In this document: piece after piece, positions 33,704-43,430 of the stretch | How the letters are laid out: every line of letters begins with the position of its first letter | Position numbering within the stretch: the first letter of the stretch is position 1 | Origin: Prochlorococcus sp. AG-347-J14 | GTDB lineage: Bacteria; Cyanobacteriota; Cyanobacteriia; PCC-6307; Cyanobiaceae | Reading direction: 5' to 3' | Assembly (NCBI GenBank): GCA_003281505.1 | Contig: QCBU01000007.1 | Location: 3,075-67,074 of the forward strand | Length of the DNA stretch: 64,000 bases | Translations under genes and position numbers: made by a program | Notes under the pieces: generated by a model | What the model saw: only the letters and a program-made list of their open reading frames with translations | The model's database searches: none | What the model was told of the DNA's origin: nothing

Positions 33704-36286
33704 ATGAAAATAGTCCCAAGCGAATTCTCAAATTCTGCTTGGGACTGTTTTATTTTTGCCAAAAAAATTGCTTATAAAAATTATCAACAAAACGTAGATT
33801 CTGATAATTTATTATTAGCTCTTATAAAAAAAGACAATATTACAAAAAATATTTTAAAAAAAAATAATTTAAATTTAAAAGATCTTGAAAGGGAAATAAT
33901 TTCTTCATTAAATGCCAAGGCAAAAATGAAAAAAAAACAAGATAATCTATATATTGGTGAGACTCTACACAAAATATTTTTGAAGGCGAATGATATTAAA
34001 AACACCTTAAATGGTGTAGTGATATCAACAGAACACTTAGTTTACGGTTTCACTTATGATGATTATTATGGATTTCAAATTTTAAATCAAAAAGGTATTC
34101 CAGAATTTCTTGAAACTATAAAGAAAATGAAGTCAGATCCGGCAGTAAAAAATGAATTTAATGGTTCTAATGAGTCTTTGGAAAAATATGGTATTGATCT
34201 AACTCAATCTGCACGAGATGGGATTTTAGATCCAGTTATTGGTAGGGATGAAGAGATTAGAAGAACAATTCAAATATTGAGTAGAAGAACAAAAAATAAC
34301 CCAGTTCTTATTGGAGAACCAGGGGTTGGCAAAACAGCCATTGTAGAAGGGTTAGCTCAAAGAATTATTAATGGCGATGTACCTTCTGCGCTACAAGATA
34401 GGAAACTTATTTCATTAGATATGGGTTCACTTTTAGCTGGAGCAAAATATCGTGGAGAATTTGAAGAAAGAATAAAAAATATTCTAAAGAAAGTGAAAGA
34501 ATCAGAAGGTAAGATCATTCTTTTTATTGATGAAATTCATACAGTAGTTGGTGCAGGCGCTAGTGGAGGTTCTTTAGATGCAAGCAACTTATTAAAACCA
34601 ATGCTTGCAAGAGGAGAACTTAGATGTATTGGTGCTACTACTATTAATGAACACAAACAAAATATAGAAAAAGATCCTGCTCTAGAACGAAGATTTCAGA
34701 AAATAAAAATTGAGGCTCCTTCAATAGATGATACTGTATCAATATTAAGAGGATTGAGAGAAAGATATGAAGTTCATCATAGTGTGAGAATTTCTGATAA
34801 TGCTTTGGTTGCAGCTGCCTCCCTCAGCGAAAGATATATTAACGATAGATTTCTTCCTGACAAAGCAATAGATTTAATCGATGAAGCAGCCTCAAGATTG
34901 AATATGGTCATAACTTCCAAACCTGAAGAAATTGATGAAATTGATAGAAAAGTTCTTCAGTTTGAGATGGAAAAATTATCTTTAAAAAGAGAAACTGATG
35001 ATTTTTCCATAGAAAGATTAAAAAAAATCAATAATGAACTTATTTCACTTAAAGATAGACAAGAAGAATTAGGCGCTCAATGGAAAAAAGAAAAAGATGA
35101 AATTAATGAGATTAGCACCATAAAAGAAGAAATTGAATCTGTTCAATTGCAAATAGATCAAGCTAAAAGAAGTTTTGACCTCAACAAAGCAGCAGAATTA
35201 GAATTTGGGACTTTAAATTCCTTACAAAAAAAATTAAAAGAAAAAAGTGAGTCCTTGGTAAATTCTCAAAAAAATGGAGATGCAAGTCTTTTAAGGCAAG
35301 AGGTGACTTTCGATGATATTGCAGAAGTTGTCTCAAAGTGGACCTCCATTCCAGTTCAAAACTTAAACCAGTCAGAAAAAGATAAGCTTTTAAGCCTAGA
35401 GTCAATCCTTAAAGAAAAAATCATTGGTCAAGATAGTGCAATTAGAGCTGTTGCAGATTCCATTAAGAGATCAAGAACTGGTCTAAATGATCCAAATAAG
35501 CCATTAGCCAGTTTCCTCTTTTTAGGTCCAACTGGTGTTGGGAAAACAGAGCTAAGTAAAGTGACAGCCAAAATTATATTCGATTCAAATTCTTCAATTA
35601 CAAGACTGGATATGTCTGAATATATGGAAAAGCATTCAGTTAGCAAAATCATAGGTGCGCCTCCTGGATATTTAGGTTTCGAATCAGGCGGTCAACTAAC
35701 TGAAGCTGTACGCAAAAATCCTTATTCATTAATACTCCTAGATGAAATAGAGAAAGCTCACAAAGATATTTTAGATATTCTCTTACAGGTTCTTGATGAT
35801 GGAATCATTACTGATGGTCAAGGTCGTACAATCAATTTCAAAAATTCAATCATTGTTCTCACAAGTAATTTAGGAAGTCAATCAATAAATGATTTATCAG
35901 TTAGAAAAGAAGATACAAATGAAATTAAAAAAGTTGTAGATAAAGAAATTAAAAAATTTTTCAAGCCTGAGTTTTTAAATCGTCTTGATGAAATAGTTTT
36001 TTTTAATAATTTAGAATTAAATGACATAAAAGAAATTGCAAAAATACAGCTTCAACATTTAGAAAAAAGACTTAACAAAAAAAACTTAAAATTCAAAATT
36101 ACGGATGAAGCAATTAACCAACTTGTCGAAAATAGTTTTGATCATGCCTATGGTGCAAGGCCTTTAAAAAGAATTATTCAAAAACAAATTGAGACAAAAA
36201 TTTCAAATAATATATTGAATAATCATTACCTTGATAAAGACGAGATTAATATTTATCTGATTAATGGAGAGATAAATGTTGATTAA
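33704..36286 (+). CDS. clpB: ClpB-type AAA+ chaperone (ClpB2-like paralog)
   Basis: Two Walker A motifs ([16 protein letters not shown]), coiled-coil M domain, GARPLKR. Confidence 0.9.
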   Translation: MKIVPSEFSNSAWDCFIFAKKIAYKNYQQNVDSDNLLLALIKKDNITKNILKKNNLNLKDLEREIISSLNAKAKMKKKQDNLYIGETLHKIFLKANDIKNTLNGVVISTEHLVYGFTYDDYYGFQILNQKGIPEFLETIKKMKSDPAVKNEFNGSNESLEKYGIDLTQSARDGILDPVIGRDEEIRRTIQILSRRTKNNPVLIGEPGVGKTAIVEGLAQRIINGDVPSALQDRKLISLDMGSLLAGAKYRGEFEERIKNILKKVKESEGKIILFIDEIHTVVGAGASGGSLDASNLLKPMLARGELRCIGATTINEHKQNIEKDPALERRFQKIKIEAPSIDDTVSILRGLRERYEVHHSVRISDNALVAAASLSERYINDRFLPDKAIDLIDEAASRLNMVITSKPEEIDEIDRKVLQFEMEKLSLKRETDDFSIERLKKINNELISLKDRQEELGAQWKKEKDEINEISTIKEEIESVQLQIDQAKRSFDLNKAAELEFGTLNSLQKKLKEKSESLVNSQKNGDASLLRQEVTFDDIAEVVSKWTSIPVQNLNQSEKDKLLSLESILKEKIIGQDSAIRAVADSIKRSRTGLNDPNKPLASFLFLGPTGVGKTELSKVTAKIIFDSNSSITRLDMSEYMEKHSVSKIIGAPPGYLGFESGGQLTEAVRKNPYSLILLDEIEKAHKDILDILLQVLDDGIITDGQGRTINFKNSIIVLTSNLGSQSINDLSVRKEDTNEIKKVVDKEIKKFFKPEFLNRLDEIVFFNNLELNDIKEIAKIQLQHLEKRLNKKNLKFKITDEAINQLVENSFDHAYGARPLKRIIQKQIETKISNNILNNHYLDKDEINIYLINGEINVD

Positions 36287-36334
36287 ATATCTAATTAAAG
36301 AATCCTATACGACTTTAAAATTAACAACTTTAAA

Positions 36335-36808
36335 CTAAGATTTGAACCAATCAGGAATTTCCTCAAAACTTGCTTTATTCGATTTATTTTCTTTTGATTC
36401 TGTTTTCCAACAACATGTTCTGCCCTTATCCTTATCCTGTAAGTATTCATTAGCCCATCTCCAAATTAATTCAGAGGTGAACTCCATTCCCACATTCTCC
36501 ATAATTCTCAGATCTAAAGCATCTAAGTCATGTAATTTTTTCCAGTAATTCAGCAAAGGGTCATCTTTATTTATTAGAAAAGTATGGTCAAATTGCGCCT
36601 TTAATCTATTTTCTAGGGGCTTTAGACTTGAAAAATCGACAACAAAACCATTTAGGTCTAATTTTTTTGCAGTGAACCAAAAGGTGAATGATCTTGAATA
36701 TCCATGCACAAATCTGCAGTGGCCCTCATGGCGCCATTGCCTATGTGAACAGGGAAAATCCTCGTAACTTTTGCTGCATGAAAATTTCAGAGAATGAATA
36801 TACATCAA
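36335..36808 (-). CDS. queD: 6-carboxytetrahydropterin synthase / PTPS family
   Basis: CSHRQW...CRFVHGYSR, VVDFS, FDHTFL. Confidence 0.8.
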   Translation of the reverse strand: MMYIHSLKFSCSKSYEDFPCSHRQWRHEGHCRFVHGYSRSFTFWFTAKKLDLNGFVVDFSSLKPLENRLKAQFDHTFLINKDDPLLNYWKKLHDLDALDLRIMENVGMEFTSELIWRWANEYLQDKDKGRTCCWKTESKENKSNKASFEEIPDWFKS

Positions 36809-36867
36809 TTAACTGTTAGGATAATTTTAATAAAACACATTGAGTAGGATTTAACATAACGAGCATA

Positions 36868-37527
36868 ATGACTTATTCAACTAAATTTTCGATAGAGGAT
36901 CTACGCTTTGATAATTATGGATTAATCCCTGCAATAGCACAAGATTGGCTTGACGGATCAATTCTTATGCTTGCTTGGATGAACAAAGAATCTTTGATAA
37001 TGACAATTGAAACCAAAAACGTTCATTATTGGAGTAGATCAAGATCTGAAATTTGGAGAAAAGGAGCTACAAGTGGAAGTACCCAAATACTTAAGGAGAT
37101 AAGATTCGACTGCGATAATGATGCACTAATCCTTTTGATTGAACAAAATGGTTCAGGAGCATGTCACACTGGGGAAAAAAGTTGTTTTTTCAACGAAATC
37201 AAAATTAATCAAAGTTATAAAAAAGAGAAAAAAACAACTCCCTTCTCAAATATTTGCTCTGAATTATTCAATACAATAAACGAAAGATCAATAAATCCAT
37301 CAGAAAAAAGTTACACAAATCATCTATTAACAAAAGGTAGTAATACTATTTTGAAAAAAATAGGGGAGGAATCTGCAGAGTTTATAATGGCTTGCAAAGA
37401 TAAAGATAAAAATTCAATCTCAAATGAAGCTGCTGATTTAATTTATCATCTGCAAGTAGCCCTTATGCATAAAGGGGTTGAGTGGAGAGATGTACTTGCT
37501 GTTCTAGAATCGAGAAGAAAAAATTAA
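36868..37527 (+). CDS. hisIE: Bifunctional PR-AMP cyclohydrolase / PR-ATP pyrophosphohydrolase
   Basis: YWSRSR, DCDND, ACHTG..SCF; KKIGEE, EAADLIYH. Confidence 0.95.
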   Translation: MTYSTKFSIEDLRFDNYGLIPAIAQDWLDGSILMLAWMNKESLIMTIETKNVHYWSRSRSEIWRKGATSGSTQILKEIRFDCDNDALILLIEQNGSGACHTGEKSCFFNEIKINQSYKKEKKTTPFSNICSELFNTINERSINPSEKSYTNHLLTKGSNTILKKIGEESAEFIMACKDKDKNSISNEAADLIYHLQVALMHKGVEWRDVLAVLESRRKN

Positions 37528-37687
37528 ATAATTAAAATTTATAATTTTAATTTTTTAACCTAAAAATTTTAAAAAATAATGTTAATTACCTAATTAATAA
37601 TTATTAATGAATTATTAATTAATTATTACATGTATGGCTTATTACTGAATTGACTATAAGTTGAATATATCAACAATGAGGTAAATC

Positions 37688-38611
37688 GTGAGTTCATTAA
37701 GCGATTTTCTTGGTGAAATAGGTCGTCATCAACTTTTGACTCCCGAAAGAGAACTCACAATGGGCAGAAAAGTCCAAGAAATGGTTGTACTTGTCAATAG
37801 ATGTCAAGAGGCAGGAGGGAAAGGCCCCGCTTGTGAATACTCTGAAGCTGAGAGAAAAAAGATAAAAATTGGTGAAAAAGCTAAAAACGAGATGATAACA
37901 GCCAATTTAAGATTAGTTGTCAACCTTGCTAAGAGATACCAAGGAAAAGGATTAGAATTACTGGACTTAATTCAAGAGGGAACATTAGGTCTTACAAGAG
38001 CCGTAGAAAAATATGATCCGTCTAGAGGACATAGATTTTCTACCTATGCTTATTGGTGGATTAGGCAAGGTTTAAATAGAGCATTGTCAACTCAAAGTAG
38101 AACGATAAGGATCCCTGTTAACATTAATGAAAAACTTACAAAACTAAGATCAGCAAAATCAAAGCTTATGCAACTTAAGGGTATTCCACCCACTAGTGTT
38201 GAGCTAGCTGAAGAAATGAAAATAACCAAAGAGGAAATTGACGAACTCCTCTCTTGTGAATTGAGAAGCATTACTGTTAGTCTTCAAGGTACTGTTAAAT
38301 CAAAATCAGATCCTTCCGAATTAGTTGATATTCTTCCAAGTGATCAAACTCCCCCAATGGAATTAGCCGAATTAGCAGAAAGGACAGCCTCGGCATGGAA
38401 GTTATTAGATAAAGCAAATTTAACTGAGAAAGAAAGAAAGATAGTAAGCCTAAGATTTGGTTTAGACGGCTCAAATGAATGGAGAACTTTAGCTGAAGTT
38501 GCAAGACATATGAGTTGTAGCAGGGAATATTGCCGACAAGTCGTTCAACGTGCTTTAAGAAAACTTAGAAAAGCAGGAATACAGAATGGATTAGTTGATA
38601 GTATTAGCTAA
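37688..38611 (+). CDS. Group-2 sigma-70 factor (RpoD/SigA-like)
   Basis: ANLRLVV, DLIQEG, FSTYAYWWIRQ, region 4 HTH; lacks region 1.1; GTG start. Confidence 0.93.
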   Translation: MSSLSDFLGEIGRHQLLTPERELTMGRKVQEMVVLVNRCQEAGGKGPACEYSEAERKKIKIGEKAKNEMITANLRLVVNLAKRYQGKGLELLDLIQEGTLGLTRAVEKYDPSRGHRFSTYAYWWIRQGLNRALSTQSRTIRIPVNINEKLTKLRSAKSKLMQLKGIPPTSVELAEEMKITKEEIDELLSCELRSITVSLQGTVKSKSDPSELVDILPSDQTPPMELAELAERTASAWKLLDKANLTEKERKIVSLRFGLDGSNEWRTLAEVARHMSCSREYCRQVVQRALRKLRKAGIQNGLVDSIS

Positions 38612-38648
38612 AAATTCCATTAAAAATATTTAAATTTCATTTATAAAG

Positions 38649-39017
38649 ATGAAAGAGAATTACAAAGCCCAAGAAAAAATCTATGATGCTGAAGTTTTAG
38701 AGAGTTCAACATTTGATGAAAATATCATTATCAAGATTCTTATTAAAGCGGGAAAAACAATTGCCAAGCCTGCCTTAGAAGTTTTGGAGATGGCATTAGA
38801 TCCTTATACTCCTGCACAAGTGAGAGTTTCATTAATGGCTGCTCTAGCATATTTGATTATGCCATTTGATCTTTTCCCTGACTTTATGCCTTTAGTTGGT
38901 TTTAGTGATGATTTTGTAGCCCTCACAGCAGTACTCAGTATATGGAGCAAATACATGACTCCTTCAATAAGAGCAAGAGCAGAGAATAAGCTTAATAAGT
39001 TATTTCCTTTTTATTGA
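38649..39017 (+). CDS. YkvA/DUF1232-family membrane protein
   Basis: ALAYLIMPFDLFPDFMPLVGFSDD signature. Confidence 0.85.
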   Translation: MKENYKAQEKIYDAEVLESSTFDENIIIKILIKAGKTIAKPALEVLEMALDPYTPAQVRVSLMAALAYLIMPFDLFPDFMPLVGFSDDFVALTAVLSIWSKYMTPSIRARAENKLNKLFPFY

Positions 39018-39338
39018 ATGAGTAAATTATCTCTACAGGAAGAAAAAGAACTCGTCTCCTTCATTAAAGATTGGTTAAAAACGCATGGATTTACCCAAAA
39101 AGACTTAGCAAATGAATTAAAAGTCAAATCGAGTAGAACCTCCGAGATTATTCTCAAAATGAAAGAATTATATAAAAAAGGCGGCATGTTCAATATTGCA
39201 AAAAATCTTATAAAGATTGAGCAAAAATGGTTAAAAAATATCAAGAACGATTATCTAGAAACAAAACAAACACCACCATATAATCAATTAGATATCGACT
39301 CATTAGTAAACCAGATAAATCAAGATACTAGTAAATAA
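39018..39338 (+). CDS. Hypothetical protein with XRE-like helix-turn-helix
   Basis: GFTQKDLANELKVKSSRTSEII resembles an HTH; abuts the ykvA-like stop. Confidence 0.6.
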   Translation: MSKLSLQEEKELVSFIKDWLKTHGFTQKDLANELKVKSSRTSEIILKMKELYKKGGMFNIAKNLIKIEQKWLKNIKNDYLETKQTPPYNQLDIDSLVNQINQDTSK

Positions 39339-39532
39339 ATATTATTTAAAATAATATATTTTTAATTAAAAATTATATAACCTATTAAAACTTACGTTTA
39401 AATAAATATCTTTTTAAGTACTAAATAAGATAAATAATTGAATCATTAAAGCAAAAATAATATGTATATTTAAGTTAAATTAATTCTTTTAATAAATAGT
39501 TAAAAATTACTAAATTTTTTAGTAAATCATAT

Positions 39533-39802
39533 TTAAAATGCTTGAATCCAGGGATAAATATCATAATTAATCCATATACCTTTTTCCCAATATATATCCT
39601 CCTCAATAAGATCTTTCAACTCATTTACATCCTTAGCATTAAAAATTCCAAACAAATATTTGGTACATTTTGTTGGCCCTAATGTAACTAAAATATCTCT
39701 ATCTTTTAAGTTTTTAAGTCTCTTAAGATGTTGTTCTCGAAATGGTTCCCTTTTAATAATTGCATCTTCACAGTACCTTCCAAAAACTACAAACTTTTCC
39801 AT
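39533..39802 (-). CDS. YciI-family protein
   Basis: REPFREQHL...LGPT...EDIY; start moved to MEKF ATG at 39802. Confidence 0.8.
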   Translation of the reverse strand: MEKFVVFGRYCEDAIIKREPFREQHLKRLKNLKDRDILVTLGPTKCTKYLFGIFNAKDVNELKDLIEEDIYWEKGIWINYDIYPWIQAF

Positions 39803-39903
39803 TTTTAAATATAAATAATAGAATGAATAGATACTTAATAATTGCATATATTACACGCAGATTGCTATGTTATTTAATACAACTTTCTTTTAATTAATTA
39901 ATT

Positions 39904-40260
39904 ATGCTAACTGGTAGCGATCTCCTTGCAAAAGTTAAAGAACTTGGTGATGTTAGCAAATCTGACCTGGTTCGCGCCTGTGGATATGTTTCCACTAAAA
40001 AAAACGGAGGTGAACGCTTAAACTTTACCGCATTTTATGAAGCACTTTTAGAAGCAAAAGGGGTTAATCTTGGTGATTCTGGAGTTGCAGGTATTGGAAA
40101 AGGTGGGAGAAAACTTAGTTATATTGCAACAGTTCAAGGCAATGGAAATCTTCTGATTGGGAAAGCTTATACAGCACTTCTTGATTTAAAAGCAGGTGAT
40201 GAATTCGAAATTAAGCTCGGAAGAAAACAAATCAGATTATTACCTACAGAAGAATCTTAA
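39904..40260 (+). CDS. Cyanobacterial AbrB-like transcription regulator (cyAbrB)
   Basis: CGYV, FYEALLEAKG, VQGNGNLLIGKAYT, FEIKLGRKQIRL. Confidence 0.92.
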   Translation: MLTGSDLLAKVKELGDVSKSDLVRACGYVSTKKNGGERLNFTAFYEALLEAKGVNLGDSGVAGIGKGGRKLSYIATVQGNGNLLIGKAYTALLDLKAGDEFEIKLGRKQIRLLPTEES

Positions 40261-40342
40261 AGACAACAACAATAAATTGGTCATAACATTTTTAATTAAT
40301 TTTCTATAAATAATTCTTTTAATTAATAAATTATCTTTGTAT

Positions 40343-41185
40343 TTATTTTTTTTGATCAGCAGCTAAACGCATTTCTTTACAAAACTCACCAACATGATCG
40401 ACAACATCTTTTTCACTTGAGCTCGAGATTCGTTTTACAAATGCACTCCCAATAATTACTCCATCTGCTCCCCATTCACGAACTTTATCTACATGTTCTG
40501 GAGTTGATATTCCAAAGCCAACAGCAATTGGATTGCTATTTACATCTTTTAATTTAGCGATAAGATTTTCTACTCTATTTTCCATTTTGTTTCTCTCACC
40601 AGTGACACCTGTAACACTTACTAAATAAGTAAAGCCTTTTGTATGATTTGATATTTGTTTCATTCTTTCAAAAGGAGTAGTTGGTGCTACCAATAAAATT
40701 AAGTCCATAGAATGGTTACTAACTATTTTAGAAAATTTATAAGCTTCCTCCAAAGGGAGGTCAGGAACTATTAGTCCAGAAACTCCAGAATCAGATGCCA
40801 TCTCACAAAACCTTTCAAAGCCAAAAGATAGTAATGGATTCAAGTAAGAAAAAAGGATGATGGGGATATTTAATTTACCTTTTAAAGACTCTAAAAGTTT
40901 AATTACTTTTCTTAAGCTAGTACCTGACTTTAAGGCGCGAGAGGCCGCCACTTGAATGACAGGTCCATCTGCAAGTGGGTCACTATACGGGATACCTAAT
41001 TCAATAAGGTCAGCTCCATTTTCTTGTAACTTTAATAAGATCTCAGACGTTATTTCAATATTGGGATCCCCAGCCATTATGAAGGGCATTAGAGCAAATT
41101 TTTTTTTATTTTTTAACTCACAAAACATCTCATCTACCTTAGATAAAGATTCATTTTTAGTAATTTGCATTTTGTTATCTTTCAT
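40343..41185 (-). CDS. trpA: Tryptophan synthase alpha chain
   Basis: ELGIPYSDPLADGPVIQ, GVTG, VGFGIS, DGVIIGSA. Confidence 0.97.
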   Translation of the reverse strand: MKDNKMQITKNESLSKVDEMFCELKNKKKFALMPFIMAGDPNIEITSEILLKLQENGADLIELGIPYSDPLADGPVIQVAASRALKSGTSLRKVIKLLESLKGKLNIPIILFSYLNPLLSFGFERFCEMASDSGVSGLIVPDLPLEEAYKFSKIVSNHSMDLILLVAPTTPFERMKQISNHTKGFTYLVSVTGVTGERNKMENRVENLIAKLKDVNSNPIAVGFGISTPEHVDKVREWGADGVIIGSAFVKRISSSSEKDVVDHVGEFCKEMRLAADQKK

Positions 41186-41213
41186 AATATTTAGATAATT
41201 TTTTATGAAAAAT

Positions 41214-41534
41214 TTATGGATTTTTTTCTAAATCTTCCATAAGTTTTTGCTGCTCTTCCTTTGACAATGAGTTGAATTTGGTTTCTAGTTTATCATTAAC
41301 AACTTTTTCATACTCTTTTCTATAACGCTTCCTTTGTTCCATAAAAGTCATTTTTCCATTTACAACTCTATAAACATAAGATGTTACCCAAGTAATAACA
41401 ATCAAAATCAAGATAAAACTTGATAGAGTGGTGGCTGTAAAATTATAGATACCAATTTGCGGTGCAAATTTATAACTAATTAATCCTATTAATGAAATAA
41501 ATAAACCTATTTGTATAACTTTTCCTTTAGTCAA
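41214..41534 (-). CDS. DUF3007-family membrane protein
   Basis: Two TM helices then WVTSYVYRV..KMTFMEQ; between ndhL and trpA. Confidence 0.75.
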   Translation of the reverse strand: MTKGKVIQIGLFISLIGLISYKFAPQIGIYNFTATTLSSFILILIVITWVTSYVYRVVNGKMTFMEQRKRYRKEYEKVVNDKLETKFNSLSKEEQQKLMEDLEKNP

Positions 41535-41538
41535 TTAT

Positions 41539-41772
41539 TTACCCTTTACCACTTCCTTTAAGTCTGAGATTTAAAAATGGAGAAAATAAAATTAAACCTG
41601 GAAAGAAAAGAAATACAAGGCCATAAATACCTAATCTTTCGTATTTGCCCATAATATTCCATCTATTATTCATCCAGTAAAATAGTAACAATGGGATAAC
41701 CAATAAATAGGTAGAAATAATTCCGATATAAGCAATTAAAGTAGCTAATGAATTATTGTAAAAACTTTCCAT
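41539..41772 (-). CDS. ndhL: NDH-1 subunit L
   Basis: YLLVIP...RW...ER...[15 protein letters not shown]. Confidence 0.9.
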   Translation of the reverse strand: MESFYNNSLATLIAYIGIISTYLLVIPLLLFYWMNNRWNIMGKYERLGIYGLVFLFFPGLILFSPFLNLRLKGSGKG

Positions 41773-41850
41773 TTTAATTTATGGTTGCTTAGTTAAAACA
41801 TAACAACTATTGGAAGTTATCGTCAGAACTAAAAATAAATAATTAAATAA

Positions 41851-41936
41851 TGGGAGTGGGGGGACTTGAACCCCCACGAGCTAAATCGCTCGACGGATTT
41901 TAAGTCCGGCGCGTCTACCAATTCCGCCACACTCCC
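41851..41936 (-). tRNA. trnL-UAA: tRNA-Leu(UAA), intron-less, long variable arm, CCA not encoded
   Basis: Reverse complement GGGAGTGTGGCGGAATTGGTAGACGCGCCGGA-CTTAAAA-TCCGTCGAGCGATTTAGCTCGTGGGGGTTCAAGTCCCCCCACTCCCA folds as a class II cloverleaf. Confidence 0.97.
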
Positions 41937-42012
41937 AAAAAGAATTTGCGCTTTTTCATCGTAGCCGAAAGTATCACTTTTAACCAAAAAAATATCCCAA
42001 TATTTACACTTT
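41898..42012. repeat. Direct repeat copy 1 (tRNA 5' half from anticodon loop plus ~75 bp of upstream promoter)
   Basis: Colinear with 43392-43504 at offset 1494; first 21 bp identical (ttttaagtccggcgcgtctac), also ccgccacact, gaatttgcg and atcgtagccgaaag. Confidence 0.93.
41958..41963 (-). promoter_or_regulatory. Putative -10 element (TACGAT) of tRNA-Leu
   Basis: TAnnnT hexamer 21 nt upstream of the mature tRNA 5' end, inside a 14-bp block conserved in both repeat copies. Confidence 0.5.
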
Positions 42013-42058
42013 CCTTGAATAGATAGACTCGCAGGATTAATTATTACCTATTAATTTC

Positions 42059-42083
42059 CTAAAAAATTGTTGCAATTTTTTAG
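42059..42083. promoter_or_regulatory. Perfect 11-bp inverted repeat upstream of islet gene (possible operator or hairpin)
   Basis: CTAAAAAATTG-ttg-CAATTTTTTAG, 38 bp before the TTG start. Confidence 0.4.
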
Positions 42084-42121
42084 TCATCTAGCTAGCAATC
42101 AATTAATCAACATAAAAAAAA

Positions 42122-43243
42122 TTGAAAAAATTTATTGCATTATCTTTAATAGGTTCTAGCTTCTTGATCAGTAGCAATTCAGTCAAAGCCGACCTAATAA
42201 GAGTAGTTACTTTAGGAAGTAAAAACTATAAAGTTCAACGCGTTAATGAAACCACAAATGTAGCTACTGATTTAGTTGAATTTAATCAACCTAGTGGAGT
42301 AGCTTCTTCAGGATCTTTTCTAGATTCTTACAATAGAAAACTCTATATGGCTGGTGATAGCGATGGATATACTATTTATGATATTGACGCAAATACAATT
42401 ACAAAAGTGCCTTACGGATTAACTGGCCAGCTTAATAATTTTGTACCTTGGGAAGGTAAAAACGTTATCAAAAAAAATGAAGATGGAACTATTCAGATAG
42501 GTGGAGATGCTAATGATGTCGACATAACTTCAGAGGGTTTATCTGTTGATGGGGATCCCATTATAAGTAAGAAAGCAAATGGTGAGTTGCATATTGGTAA
42601 AAACTCTTGGATTACTAAAGAAGAAAATGGCAGGCAAAAAGTATATGCAAAAGATGCCGCAGGAAATCCAATACCTATAGACTATACAAATGGAACTAAA
42701 TTATTGATAAATGGAAGAGATATAGAACAATCAATAAATAATGTCGGAGCATTAAGTGCTGCTCTAACAGGATTACCAACAGTTCCTACTGACACTGCTC
42801 TTGCTTGTGGTTTAGGAGCAGGAACTCACGGGGGTGATTTTGCCTTTTCAGGAGGATGTGCTTCTAGAGTAAATGAAAAACTATCATTTAACTATGCCGC
42901 ATCTATGACTATGCCAGGTCAAGAATATGCCGGTGAATTTGAAGATAGTTTTTCTGCTAGAGCTGGATTTGTTTGGCAATTAGGTAAGGCAAAAAAGCCA
43001 ACTCAAATTAGCATGAATCAAAAAGAAGAAATAGATCTAAAATTATCTCAACTTGAAAATGATAATGAAAAATTAAAAAATGAGAACGAGAAAATAATAT
43101 CTAAAAATACTCATTTAGAAACTAGTAATAATGAGATAATTTCTCAAAATAAAAAACTTCTTGCACGATTAGAAAAATTAGAAAAAATTGCGTTTAAATT
43201 CCAGGGGGACAAATATAAGTTTTCAAAATCAATTTCAGAATAA
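42122..43243 (+). CDS. Exported protein with YadA-like anchor region and C-terminal coiled coil (trimeric autotransporter-like)
   Basis: Signal peptide MKKFIALSLIGSSFLISSNSVKA; beta-rich N-part; INNVGALSAALTGLP helix then amphipathic strands ending SARAGFVWQL; heptad tail LENDNEKLKNENE...LLARLEKLE. Confidence 0.7.
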   Translation: MKKFIALSLIGSSFLISSNSVKADLIRVVTLGSKNYKVQRVNETTNVATDLVEFNQPSGVASSGSFLDSYNRKLYMAGDSDGYTIYDIDANTITKVPYGLTGQLNNFVPWEGKNVIKKNEDGTIQIGGDANDVDITSEGLSVDGDPIISKKANGELHIGKNSWITKEENGRQKVYAKDAAGNPIPIDYTNGTKLLINGRDIEQSINNVGALSAALTGLPTVPTDTALACGLGAGTHGGDFAFSGGCASRVNEKLSFNYAASMTMPGQEYAGEFEDSFSARAGFVWQLGKAKKPTQISMNQKEEIDLKLSQLENDNEKLKNENEKIISKNTHLETSNNEIISQNKKLLARLEKLEKIAFKFQGDKYKFSKSISE

Positions 43244-43314
43244 TAGATTCTTTTATTTTGACATTTACTTCGCGCTAGATATAAGTTGGATATTTGTCCT
43301 TAATTGGACAGGTT

Positions 43315-43352
43315 AAAAATTAAGTAAGGGACTAGGTTCTAGCCTAATCCCT
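43315..43352 (-). terminator. Putative intrinsic terminator (minus strand)
   Basis: Minus-strand RNA AGGGAUUAGG-CUAGAA-CCUAGUCCCU (10-bp stem with one U.G pair; C.A mismatch on the plus strand) followed by UACUUAAUUUUU. Confidence 0.55.
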
Positions 43353-43391
43353 ATATATGCTGTACGCTAGTGTATTAATTATTTTGTTAGT

Positions 43392-43430
43392 TTTTAAGTC
43401 CGGCGCGTCTACAATTTCCGCCACACTACA
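43392..43430 (-). pseudogene. Degenerate tRNA-Leu 5'-half fragment
   Basis: 35/39 match to 41898-41936; changes in the acceptor stem (TGTAGTG vs GGGAGTG) and D-loop. Confidence 0.88.

Noticed and set aside
39339-39532. Extremely AT-rich convergent spacer with short inverted repeats and a dif-like string (TGTATATTTAAGTTAAAT)
   Set aside because: Only the XerD-like arm resembles dif; the spacer register and XerC arm do not fit; all-AT palindromes are expected at this composition
41851-41936. Group I intron in tRNA-Leu(UAA), as found in many cyanobacteria and plastids
   Set aside because: The anticodon loop is uninterrupted; the downstream partial copy is a duplicate of the 5' half, not a second exon
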